A DNA stretch of 63,805 bases, the filler included, from Octopus bimaculoides (taxonomy: Eukaryota), in the NCBI RefSeq assembly GCF_001194135.2. It is 5 parts of 5 records of this genome, joined end to end, with 100 filler letters (N's around TTAATTAATTAA, not from the genome) between each part and the next. Parts side by side here need not be neighbours in the genome. Positions count along the whole stretch, not along the records: positions 50,678 to 57,768 come from NC_068994.1; positions 57,869 to 62,555 come from NC_069006.1; positions 62,656 to 63,805 come from NC_068981.1; 2 more parts are not named here. One strand, given 5' to 3'. Below are positions 51,892-63,805 of the stretch, piece after piece; the first letter of the stretch is position 1; every line of letters starts with the position of its first letter. The notes under the pieces are model-generated. The model was not told the origin of the DNA. It worked only from the letters and a program-made list of their open reading frames with translations, and made no database searches. The translations under genes and the position numbers were made by a program.

Positions 51892-53976
51892 GGCAGACAT
51901 ATATACATACATGATATGTAGCTTGTTTCCCAGTCATGTCATATTGAGTTCAGTCTCACTGCGCAGTATCTTGGGCATACGTCTTCTATCAACAGCCTAA
52001 GCCCGACCAAAGCCAGGAGAGAGAAAACAGGTGAGGATTGGCACCAAATAAGGCATCCGACTGTGGAAATCATGCCTCGATATCATATCTTCCGTCTGAC
52101 GCAAGAAAACTTAGAAAATTGGTCGTCATTATTCAGCTCTATTTCAAGATTTCTTGCCAATAGAGAAAGAGCCGGTTTCTAACATAAATCCAAGGCTCCT
52201 TCATTGGAATTTCAACAACAGCAGTATATTTTTTGTGTATATGTGCAGTATTTGGTGTCTGTGCACGGGCAGTTTGATATGTTTTGTTCTATGTATGTCT
52301 AGACATGCTCATATATACTTTAACACACTTCTGGAAAGTCTTACAATTCCAGTGATGGCTTTGATCTGTAGTCTTTGAATCAGATTTCTCTTTTCTGGTA
52401 TGTATGTATGCATGCATGTATGTATGTATGTATGTATGTATGTGCACATATATAGTTTTGGGGTATGTATGTATATATGTATGTACATACATACACACAT
52501 TATATATNNNNNNNNNNNNNNNNNNNNNNNNNNNNNNNNNNNNNNNNNNNNNNNNNNNNNNNNNNNNNNNNNNNNNNNNNNNNNNNNNNNNNNNNNNNNN
52601 NNNNNNNNNNNNNNNNNNNNNNNNNNNNNNNNNNNNNNNNNNNNNNNNNNNNNNNNNNNNNNNNNNNNNNNNNNNNNNNNNNNNNNNNNNNNNNNNNNNN
52701 NNNNNNNNNNNNNNNNNNNNNNNNNNNNNNNNNNNNNNNNNNNNNNNNNNNNNNNNNNNNNNNNNNNNNNNNNNNNNNNNNNNNNNNNNNNNNNNNNNNN
52801 NNNNNNNNNNNNNNNNNNNNGTGGGGAATATATGCAGCAGAGAAACTGGCAAACTGGCTCTATGCTCCTTAAGGCGTGATGTGAACTGTGGTGGCGGTCG
52901 TAGTCATGGTGGTGGTGGTGTGAAGGTGACGGTGGTGGTGGTGGTGGTGATGGTGTGTATATTATTATTTCTATTGCTGCTTCTTTTGCTGCCACCGTTA
53001 CTGCTGCTGTTACTGCTGCGGCTGCTGCTGCTGTTGTTGTTCTTGTTGCCACTGCTGTTCATGGTGCTACTCGTGCAATTCATCATTTTCTAGTTCGAGG
53101 TGGCGGGTGGTAAAGCTTATAACAACCATAAACGACACATTGTAGGAATGCAAGGAACTGGGTAGATAGGTAGGTGGGTAGGTAGGTAGGTAGGTAGGTA
53201 GGTAGGTGTGTTGTGGTGGGGACAGACTCAAAGAGAGGGAGAGATTGTTGTTATTGTTTAGACCCAGGACCTGCGATCAAAGGGATTCCAACCGTGACCC
53301 TCTTGTCAATTTATATTTATGTGAAGGAAACCCACCCAGGACTACATTATCCAATGTATGTTCTTTGTNNNNNNNNNNNNNNNNNNNNNNNNNNNNNNNN
53401 NNNNNNNNNNNNNNNNNNNNNNNNNNNNNNNNNNNNNNNNNNNNNNNNNNNNNNNNNNNNNNNNNNNNNNNNNNNNNNNNNNNNNNNNNNNNNNNNNNNN
53501 NNNNNNNNNNNNNNNNNNNNNNNNNNNNNNNNNNNNNNNNNNNNNNNNNNNNNNNNNNNNNNNNNNNNNNNNNNNNNNNNNNNNNNNNNNNNNNNNNNNN
53601 NNNNNNNNNNNNNNNNNNNNNNNNNNNNNNNNNNNNNNNNNNNNNNNNNNNNNNNNNNNNNNNNNNNNNNNNNNNNNNNNNNNNNNNNNNNNNNNNNNNN
53701 NNNNNNNNNNNNNNNNNNNNNNNNNNNNNNNNNNNNNNNNNNNNNNNNNNNNNNNNNNNNNNNNNNNNNNNNNNNNNNNNNNNNNNNNNNNNNNNNNNNN
53801 NNNNNNNNNNNNNNNNNNNNNNNNNNNNNNNNNNNNNNNNNNNNNNNNNNNNNNNNNNNNNNNNNNNNNNNNNNNNNNNNNNNNNNNNNNNNNNNNNNNN
53901 NNNNNNNNNNNNNNNNNNNNNNNNNNNNNNNNNNNNNNNNNNNNNNNNNNNNNNNNNNNNNNNNNNNNNNNNNNNN

Positions 53977-54017
<41 letters not shown>

Positions 54018-54018
54018 G

Positions 54019-54082
<64 letters not shown>

Positions 54083-55066
54083 GATAGATAGATAGATAGA
54101 CAGAAAGATAGGTATGTATGTAGGTAGCTTAATAAAGAGGTTGATATATAAAAGAAAAGAGAGAATGTAGGAGCGGAGTGAGAAACGAACAGAAGTACAA
54201 ATGTACGGATGGAAAACGGGTGGATTAGAAACGTAGGTAGGCAGGTTGGTATGGAAGTGGGGGGTTTTTTTTGTGGAAGTAGATGGGAAGGTTACGTAGT
54301 TTGGTGGCGTGGTAGGCAGATACAGACGTAAAGTAGGGGCTGGTATCTGTTGGCTTAAAGAAAACTTATAGGGATGTGTGTACTTTGTATTAATATTCGG
54401 TACATATGGTGTGCACGTACTTAACATATTGTACACATGTTGAACACAAATGGCATGTATACTCGCTTCCTAATACTCGACCACCCTGCAGCTTGAACAC
54501 CAGCCCGTCTACTTACCCACCTACCTACCTACGAACCTTATCAGACAAACAACAGCATCTGGCGTGGCTATGGGGTTAAAAGGCTCGCTTTGTAACCACG
54601 TTGGTTTCGGGTTCGGTCCTACTGTGCGGCTCCTTCGGTGTGTGTCTTCTATTGAAGAAGCTCCCACGCTTTCCAATGCCTCTGAGTCAATTTGGTAGAG
54701 AAAAACTGCGTGGAAGACCATCGTGTGTGTGTATATATGTGCGTGTGTGTATGTGTGTGTATGTGAGTGTGACAGAGAGAAAGGAAGAGAGAAAGAGGGT
54801 GTGTGTATGCATGTATGTATGCATGCGTGTATATACGTATTTATGCACGTATGAATGTATGTATATATGTATGTGTGTGTGTGTGTGTATTTATGCATGC
54901 ATGTACGTATGGAAATGTTTTATCTTTGACTTATTTCAATCATTAGACTACGGCCATACAGGAGCGTTGCATTGAGGAATTTTAGTCAGATGGTTCGACT
55001 CCAATACTATTCTTTTAAGTCTGGTACTTATTCTATCGGACTCGTGTATGTGTGTGTGTGTGTGTG

Positions 55067-55097
<31 letters not shown>

Positions 55098-56051
55098 CTT
55101 TGAGCTTGTCCCCCACTGGTACTTGACAACCAGTGTTGGTATGTTTACGTCCCCGATGAAAATGTCTTACAATGTTTGCTCCGAGTTCGAATTCCATCAT
55201 GGTCGTCAATTTTGCTTGTAATTATTTCGCCCAAGACGGCACAAGTCGGCGGCTTTTACCTTGGCCAAACATCAGTGGTATGTAGAGGGGAGAAATTACA
55301 TACGTGACCAACTACTGGATTCCCGTTTAAAAAAAAAAAAAAAGAACCCTCTGGCTCTGGCCTGCACATACATGAGCAGATACAGGGCCAACCTTGATCA
55401 ACAAAAACTCCAACATATTAGACAATGGATGGTTAGATGCAATATCTGGATATAAACGAGACGGTCATGAATGAAATGAGTTTTTATTATGGGTCTGTTC
55501 GAGTGTTGCAGACCTGTACCATTTGTATCTGACAGCATGTGATTTGTGTGCGCGTCTGTATGACACTTGTGTGTGCGCGCGCGCGCGTGGTGGGTGTGTA
55601 GGTGCGGATAAATTGAGAAAAATGTCTGTGCGTCTCTGTATTTCATATATGAATGCGTGAAAATGCATACACACTTTATTAAGCATAAATGTGTTCATCA
55701 GTGAAGGCACTTGTGTGCGGCATAATGTGTGTGTGTGTGTGTGTGTGTACGTGCGTTTCTCTGTGTATGTGCATGTCTGAGTGTTTGTAAGTTATTGTAT
55801 TTGCGCATGTGCGTACGCCCTTAAATTACCACCATCTTGCCATCACCTTCCATTAATATGCTTACTGTTGTTCCGATGCGCGTAGGAAACAATGTACGTC
55901 ACGTGTTACACACGTGATAGACCACTTGGGGCTTAGAAGACTAATAAGACTAGTAATGCACATGTGTGTACCAGCAGGTGTACGCACGCGCGCAATCACA
56001 CCTTCAGGAACATGTGTACATACACATATACATACACACACACACACACAA

Positions 56052-56113
<62 letters not shown>

Positions 56114-56612
56114 GTATATCTACATGTAAATACACATACATATATATATGTGTGTGTATGTATGTATGCATATGTGCATACATAGAAATATATATAATAC
56201 GTACTTACACGCATGTTTGCGTATATATGTATTTTTCTTACGCACACACATATATATATATACATATGTATGCATATATACGCACAAATGTGTGAATGTG
56301 TGTGTGTGTTTGAATGTACATGTGTGTGTGTGTGTGTGTGTAGATAGTAGATACATATGTCCTTCACATTACACGTCTCAGTTCATCTGGAAACACTAAG
56401 TACGCTCCATAAGGAATTAAAAAATTAATTAGGGACTATGACAGAATGAAGGCTCATGTATGTATGTATGTACGTACGTATGTATGTACGTACGTATGTA
56501 TGTACGTACGTATGTATGTATGTGTGTATGTGTATGTATGTATGTGAATGTATGTTTGTATTATGTGTGTAAGTATGTATATTTGCATGTATATATGTAT
56601 GCCTGTTTGTAT

Positions 56613-56674
<62 letters not shown>

Positions 56675-56979
56675 TATATATTCATATATATACATGTATA
56701 TATATTTGTATGTGTGTGTGTGTGCGTGTGTGTATGTGTGTGTGTGCATATCTATATGTTCATATATGCATGTACGGAGTGTGTAAGGTATTTGAGGACA
56801 TGTTTGCTAATTTAATAAAACGATTCTAATCTCGCAAAAAGAAAATATATATTTTATAAAAATCTGTACACACGCTCTCGATAAGCTTTATTTTATGAGT
56901 ATTTTATAAATCATCTTCAGTTTCAATGCCTGCTTCGATGCGGGGCTAGAATCTTTGACATACCTGCACTAAAGCGGGT

Positions 56980-57350
56980 TTTATTAATTTCGGACGACAT
57001 CACCTGGAGAATGGCAGCCTTCATCGAATCTGTGGTATTGTGAGGTTGTCATTTCTTCTCCATTCAACAAATTTCCAAACGTGGTTGTCCATAGAATTTT
57101 AAGTTGGGCGCGTTTTTGGAGCTGTATGTTTGGTGTTTCATGACCGTAAATATTGTCTGATATGCATTCGTCGGTTACGTGGGCTTTATGCGAAGGCATT
57201 GAATGTTGTTGAAACAAATACGGCGTTCCATTGCGTGCTTCGTCCATCCTGTGCTTAATAACTTTCTCCAGTACGACATCGTATCCAGCAGCATTAATTT
57301 TAAGATTGTGTAAAGACGTAACGACCTCTGTTACTTACAACTCCTAAACC
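56980..57350 (-). mobile_element. Tc1/mariner-type transposase C-terminal remnant
   Basis: LKINAAGYDVVLEKVIK..PYLFQQHSMPSHKAHVT; PNLNSM.NHVW; PHNTTDSMKAAILQVM. Appears to be the same kind of element as the 17.7-kb fragment. Confidence 0.8.
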
Positions 57351-57868
57351 CATTAATGTCATAAATTTTGTGTGCATCACTCTGGGCACATCTATTATTC
57401 ATCCTGTTAGGCTCTTAGTTATGGTCGAAGGCATCTTTTTCTTTTTATCAGAGGAAAACTGAAGTATGCCATGTTCGTGAGTCGGTGGCTTAACTTTCTT
57501 AAGTAACCACTTGACACAGATCTAACGGTTTCCTTGTGTCTTTGCCCGTGTTTTGGCTTCTCCTCAGTGCGTACGACATATATCAAATGTCCCTGTACAC
57601 AATAGTTCACTCCAGCACTTGAAGTTCTTTAGCGATAGCTCTTATTGATTTTTCCGGATAATCAACAAAAACGTTTTTAATCCGTTTGATGAATTGTAGT
57701 GTCCTAAAGTGTTCGGACGTTTAATTTTTTATATACACAATTATGTATGTATGTATGTATGTATGTACNNNNNNNNNNNNNNNNNNNNNNNNNNNNNNNN
57801 NNNNNNNNNNNNTTAATTAATTAANNNNNNNNNNNNNNNNNNNNNNNNNNNNNNNNNNNNNNNNNNNN

Positions 57869-58088
57869 AGGGTAATAAAAAGTTTAAAAGTTTTTACTAC
57901 CAGTGGCCTAGCGTGTAACAAAATTAGTCAATAGTCTATATATTATTCATATAAAAACAGTGTATATTTAAACACATAAGAGGTATCCGTCATAGGATTC
58001 CTGGCATGAATAATATATAGTCTATTGACTAATTTTTCTACACGCTAGGCCACTGGTAGTAAACATTTCTAAGATTTTTATTACCCTG
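57869..58088. mobile_element. Fold-back MITE with ~85-bp TIRs (left end abuts gap)
   Basis: agggtaataaaa..tactaccagtggcctagcgtgta..attagtcaatag.ctatatattattcat is repeated in inverted orientation, ending ..ttattaccctg. Confidence 0.8.
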
Positions 58089-58694
58089 ATATTATTAGTT
58101 ATTGATAATTTTTTCTGGAAAACTTTCGAAGTGACGCTGGCATTATTTTATTTGCTGCCGACAAGAAACTGCGCTTACGCGGTGGATTTGAAATATTATA
58201 ATGTATAAGCACGGGGCACATGCTGGATTACCTTGTACTGATATGTTTAGTCTAGGCGTACCTGTTGATGAAGACTTCGCCTAGCAAATTATTTTATTTG
58301 CTAAAAAAGAAGTCAGAAACCATGGTCCAGGACATAGATGATTTATGTTTTTATTTTTCATTCCTTTCGAAGTTTATCGACAATAGTGGTTTGGATTTTG
58401 GCTATTCCTTTTAGCATGCCAGAAATCCTATGATGGATACCTCTTATGTGTATTTTCATATATATACCTAATTGAACTGAATCTCAATTACACATATATA
58501 TATATATGATGGGCTTCTTTCGGTTCCCGCTTACCAAAACCACTCAGAGACATATCTGATCTGACAAGGATATGGTAGAAGGTACTGGAAACAGTACCCC
58601 GCAGTGGGACTGAACCAGGAAATATGTAGCTGGGAAGCAAACCTCTTGCCTCGTAGCCATGCATTAAAAGAAAAGACAACCAAAAGTTTCGTCG

Positions 58695-58767
58695 TGCCGA
58701 AACCCGGGATCGAACAAGGGACCTTTAGATCTTCAGTCTAATGCTCTCCCAGCTGAGATATTTCGTC
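58695..58767 (-). tRNA. trnF: tRNA-Phe(GAA), divergent copy or possible pseudogene
   Basis: 73 nt: GACGAAATATCTCAGCTGGGAGAGCATTAGACTGAAGATCTAAAGGTCCCTTGTTCGATCCCGGGTTTCGGCA. Very close to canonical metazoan tRNA-Phe, followed by a TTTT terminator. Three stem mismatches (acceptor, D and T stems). Confidence 0.88.
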
Positions 58768-58879
58768 TGGCCGATATCCAGCTCTACATATAAAGATATG
58801 TAGGTAGAGTGTTACGTATGTACCAGATGGATGTGTGTGTATGTGTGTGTGTGTGGATATGTATATATACATATATATT

Positions 58880-58915
<36 letters not shown>

Positions 58916-59708
58916 NNNNNNNNNNNNNNNNNNNNNNNNNNNNNNNNNNNNNNNNNNNNNNNNNNNNNNNNNNNNNNNNNNNNNNNNNNNNNNNNNNNNN
59001 NNNNNNNNNNNNNNNNNNNNNNNNNNNNNNNNNNNNNNNNNNNNNNNNNNNNNNNNNNNNNNNNNNNNNNNNNNNNNNNNNNNNNNNNNNNNNNNNNNNN
59101 NNNNNNNNNNNNNNNNNNNNNNNNNNNNNNNNNNNNNNNNNNNNNNNNNNNNNNNNNNNNNNNNNNNNNNNNNNNNNNNNNNNNNNNNNNNNNNNNNNNN
59201 NNNNNNNNNNNNNNNNNNNNNNNNNNNNNNNNNNNNNNNNNNNNNNNNNNNNNNNNNNNNNNNNNNNNNNNNNNNNNNNNNNNNNNNNNNNNNNNNNNNN
59301 NNNNNNNNNNNNNNNNNNNNNNNNNNNNNNNNNNNNNNNNNNNNNNNNNNNNNNNNNNNNNNNNNNNNNNNNNNNNNNNNNNNNNNNNNNNNNNNNNNNN
59401 NNNNNNNNNNNNNNNNNNNNNNNNNNNNNNNNNNNNNNNNNNNNNNNNNNNNNNNNNNNNNNNNNNNNNNNNNNNNNNNNNNNNNNNNNNNNNNNNNNNN
59501 NNNNNNNNNNNNNNNNNNNNNNNNNNNNNNNNNNNNNNNNNNNNNNNNNNNNNNNNNNNNNNNNNNNNNNNNNNNNNNNNNNNNNNNNNNNNNNNNNNNN
59601 NNNNNNNNNNNNNNNNNNNNNNNNNNTATATATATATATATATATATATATACATACATACATACATATATACATATATGTGTGTGTGTTAACACCGAAA
59701 AAGAGACA

Positions 59709-59759
<51 letters not shown>

Positions 59760-60230
59760 TGAGTGAAGGGAGGCGGGACAGGAAGAGAGAGAGAAGGAGA
59801 GAGGAGGAGAGGGAGAGAGATAGTGAGAAACTCCGAGAAAGAATGAGTGGTAAGTAAAGAGAGAGAAAAGGGGAGCTTTATTCCATTGTACGCCATTTTT
59901 GTATGTATATTAACCTTTGATAGCGTCTCCTTTCACTTCTTTTATATTTGTATGTTTAAAAGTTGATATATTTCCCCATATTGGTTTTGTATTAGTACGG
60001 ATGTTCATTGTATGTATGCATGTATGTATGTATATATGTAGGTAGGTAGGTAAGTAGTTACGTATGTCGGCCGGTAGCTATGTAGATATATTTGTCTATA
60101 TGAAGCTCTAAGCATCTACAATAACTGAAGGATGTGTAGCTTCAAGCTAGAAGAATTATCAGACTGTGATCGGCGCATTAGCATCAAAGCAGTGGCTTTT
60201 GGATCGCTGTAAATTCTCTGTATATGTATG

Positions 60231-60300
60231 CAGTGATCCCTCGTCTATCGTGGGTGTTGCATTCGAAAACCCCCGAGGTAGGTGAAAATCCGCGACAGAT
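60231..60300 (+). mobile_element. Tigger/pogo-like terminal fragment
   Basis: cagtgatccctcgtctatcgtgggtgttgcattcgaaaacccccgaggtaggtgaaaatccgcg resembles a pogo/Tigger TIR and subterminal sequence. Confidence 0.5.
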
Positions 60301-62020
60301 ACCACTTAGTGGCCACTTAGAGCTCTGTGCACAAAATAAGCCCCCTAAATTTCTAATTTTCCCACTGCACCGTTGTCCAGACAACACCACTGATCAAACA
60401 CGGATAAATAAAGAAAATATCTTTATTCAAAAATACAGAGCACAACTCAACGTACTCTAACATCTCAAAAAAATATCCCTGGACTGCATAGACACGATAC
60501 CCCTATACCTACCCTCAGAAACACACATCCACAACAAACACACACAGAAACACACACAGCTACACACACAGCTACACACACACACATACAATACACCCCA
60601 CACACAGTATCCACACACACAGTGTCCCCACTCTTGAGCAAAAACATACACACGCATTCCAAGAAAAAGACACACATATACATATACAATACGATTCTAG
60701 CAATCACAAAAGACACTCACAGACAGACACACATATACACAAATACATAAACAAGTACACGCACACAGTTACAGACACACTCACACAAACACACCCACAC
60801 ATACACACACACACCACACAGAAAAATACAAACAAAACACACATACAGACGGGCGCGCACAGAACATTATATCTCTACCCCTCCCCGCAAAACGCGAGTA
60901 TTTATTGCATTTGTGTGTGTATATCTGTGTATGTGTTTGTGTGTTTATTGTAGATGTTCGTTAATTAAACATGATTGACTTAGACACTTGTCCTCTCCTC
61001 ATACACATGCACAAATATGCTAAGACACATAGAGAAAGAGAAGGGCGGGAGAGAAAGTAACATTAAATATGTCGAATCAGCGACAGTATTTAGGCGGAGC
61101 CGATGCAGTTGCGCCATACTGTCTCACACTCCAAAAAAATAATAAAAACGAAAAATAAACAGTCCTGCATATTCAATGTCTCTTGTGTAAGACAGCTAAA
61201 AGCGATTTTGAGGGATATTTAGCTGCTATTTCCAGCACATGGATCAATCGCATATGGACTTCCTCGTTGACTCAAACGTTCGCCTATCGGTTTTTAGGCA
61301 CCCTCGCTTGAAACACCATGAATAATTTTTCCTTTCAGTTAGAGCCACTGGCGTTGTAACCCACATTTATTAAAAAGCGGGAACAGCACAACAACCACTC
61401 TGCCTTGCGGTCTTAAAATCATTTAGCATCTCAGTTCTACCGACAGAGTGGAAAATAACTTCTTTGAGTCTTTCAACCGATTAAAGCTGTAGGAACGAAC
61501 CCAAGGTCAAATTTGGCACCACGAATCCTTGTGATTTCGCAAGAGAAAAAAAGAATAAAAGAAATATTAAAATAGAAAAAGTAATGAAAAACAGGATCTG
61601 ATATGCTTTTGTGTTCATTCGTCTATTTGAAGAAATATCTCTGCTATAGACAATCACAAAAAGCGAGAGACGAAATGTCGTCACCACAGGGTAGGGGTTA
61701 ATCGTTTACAATGCATTTCTGCTAATCGAATCACAAAGGAAAGTCAGGCCATTGTTAATGTGACTAAGCCGGAATACAATATAGCATTTAATGTAAACTA
61801 GCAATCAAAACAAAATGGCGGACCTCCAAACTAGATTTCTCGGCACCTTCCGGCAAAGCAGATAGTCGAAATTATTGCTGAGGCTCCTTCTTGCTAGAGT
61901 ATAAAGGCCGACGGTTTTTTTATATGTGTGTGTGGTTGTCTGTGTGTCTGAGTGTATAGAGACACATAGATACATACATATATATATATAGAGAGAGAGA
62001 GAGGCACACACACACATACA

Positions 62021-62070
<50 letters not shown>

Positions 62071-62267
62071 CATACAAAACATACTTATGTACAAACATAT
62101 ATATATATATACAGATACATACAATATATGCGCACACACAGACATGTATTGTGTGTATATGTGTGTCAGCACAAATGTGCATGAGTATGATGTACGTGTA
62201 AATATGTATGTGCATCTACATATATATGTGATGCATAACCACCCACCTCCTCACACAAATACATGTA

Positions 62268-62526
62268 TTAGGTTGGTGCATAATTATTGAGGCTTTTTTT
62301 CAACAAATTTTATTCAACAAAAACAATAACAACGTGTAACAAAAACATCTTTCAATGATTATTCCGGAGCATATTCACCATCCACTTCAATTACTGCTTC
62401 CCATCTGCTTGGCAGACGGTCAGACCTTCATTTAAAGATGTTTTTTTAAAAATAATATTGATATTGTTTTTGTTGAATAAAGTTTGTTGCAAACAAAAAA
62501 GCCGCAATAATTATGCACCCACCCAA
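62268..62526. mobile_element. Mariner-derived MITE with ~65-bp TIRs and TA TSD
   Basis: TA|TTAGGTTGGTGCATAATTATTG... ...CAATAATTATGCACCCACCCAA|TA. The internal minus strand encodes LPSRWEAVIEVDGEYAPE*, a mariner C-terminus. Confidence 0.88.
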
Positions 62527-63738
62527 TATAATCTATAATATATAATACACACACANNNNNNNNNNNNNNNNNNNNNNNNNNNNNNNNNNNNNNNNNNNNT
62601 TAATTAATTAANNNNNNNNNNNNNNNNNNNNNNNNNNNNNNNNNNNNNNNNNNNNATATATATAAAATCACATGTCTGAATGCTATACACGATTAAAATA
62701 GTGAAAATAAAACCAGTGAGTCAGTGAGAGACGAGATGGATAGAAGAAAGATTAAACTCTACAACAGAGTGGGATTTTGAGAGGTAATGGTTAAAATAGC
62801 AGAGGCACGTAGAATGAGCGAATGAAAAGAGAATGAAAGAGATAAAAAGACAAAGAGAGAGAAAGATAGATTGAGATAGATAGATAGATAGATAGATAGA
62901 AAGATAGAGAGAGCGAGAGAGAGAGAGAGAGAGAGGGAGAGAAAAGGATTTGTGTATGATATCATCGTAGTGTTTGTGTGTGTGTGAGTGCATGTGTGTA
63001 TTTGCGTGTGTCTGTGTGTGTGAAGTCGTGAGGAAACGGTGAGAAGAGGTGGATGTTAATTGAGAGAAAAATAATGAAGTATGCCAATGAGTGAGACAAA
63101 GAATAATGAAGGAGATTGAGTGAAGATATTAAGAAAGCAAAAAAAAAAAGACTCCAAACGGGAGACACAGATAATGTTGTCGAAGTTAGGTGATGCCTGA
63201 AGATAAAACAGCATAGACGCGGCTTGGACAGCTTTCATTTCAGTTTAACCTAGTCACCGCTACATCTAGGCTATATGACATCATGATCACCGTTGTCATG
63301 ATGATGCTGACGATGATGATGATCATTAACAACAACGACAACAGCAACTCCATCCCTCCACCCCCAACTCCACCATCATCATGAAAATCTATCGTACTGT
63401 GTAGCTGACGAACCTGCCCTGGTGGCTTGACCCATCGAAAGAGAACAGACCGTTTCTTCCAACCGTATGTGTATAGCAGACAAGAAGAGGGTAGAATAAA
63501 GAAAGGAATAAGGACAGAATTAGAGAATGAGAGGGAGAAGGTGAAAGTGATGAAAGGAAAGAAAGAGCATAAATGAGCATCTATGTGGTCACGCCATCTG
63601 CCAGAAATAGTAGCCAAATGCTCCTCATACCACACAGTACAGTCTTTTTTATTATAAGTAGGGTTGACCTGAGGCCAGTGATAACAAAAGCAACTAAAAT
63701 ACGCAGGGTTAGAAGAAGGTTAAAATGTACATGTATAA

Positions 63739-63805
<67 letters not shown>

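Noticed and set aside
55259-55312. Possible minus-strand signal-like exon LVTYVISPLYIPLMFGQ|gtaaaa
   Set aside because: It lies 40 kb from the Ig exon across several scaffold joins, with no start codon or other support; expected by chance.
63405-63440. CTGACGA...CGAAA hammerhead-like spacing
   Set aside because: No stem II pairing between the motifs; an exon reading explains the segment at least as well.

Overview
This is a gap-rich, microsatellite-saturated eukaryotic genomic window. Repeat families and (TA/CA/GA/ATT)n density point to an octopus (coleoid cephalopod) genome, which is an inference. Almost every ORF in the supplied track is a microsatellite or N-gap artefact. The one well-supported gene is a minus-strand, multi-exon Ig-superfamily type I membrane receptor. 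I could splice six exons with GT-AG sites and matching phases: 15627-15310 (C2-type Ig), 11363-11097 (I/C2-type Ig), 10365-10213 (stalk+TM), 9701-9686 (16-nt microexon), 9156-8921 and 6957-6872 (cytoplasmic tail with YVN and LLYEEP tyrosine motifs, then stop). Together they give an uninterrupted ~357-aa partial ORF. Its 5' end is unresolved, with candidate exons at 24.9, 23.9, 20.8 and 19.35 kb. The rest comprises one divergent tRNA-Phe(GAA) gene, many tRNA-derived SINEs and RTE 3'-end repeats, decayed mariner, Tc1, RTE, Tx1/L1 and Helitron coding remnants, and several MITEs and fold-back palindromes. There is also a tandem array of hairpin+(ATT)n units, and several repeats carry degenerate hammerhead-ribozyme-like cores of the kind known from Penelope-like elements. 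No database searches could be run. Family names come from recognised motifs, and repeat boundaries are approximate.
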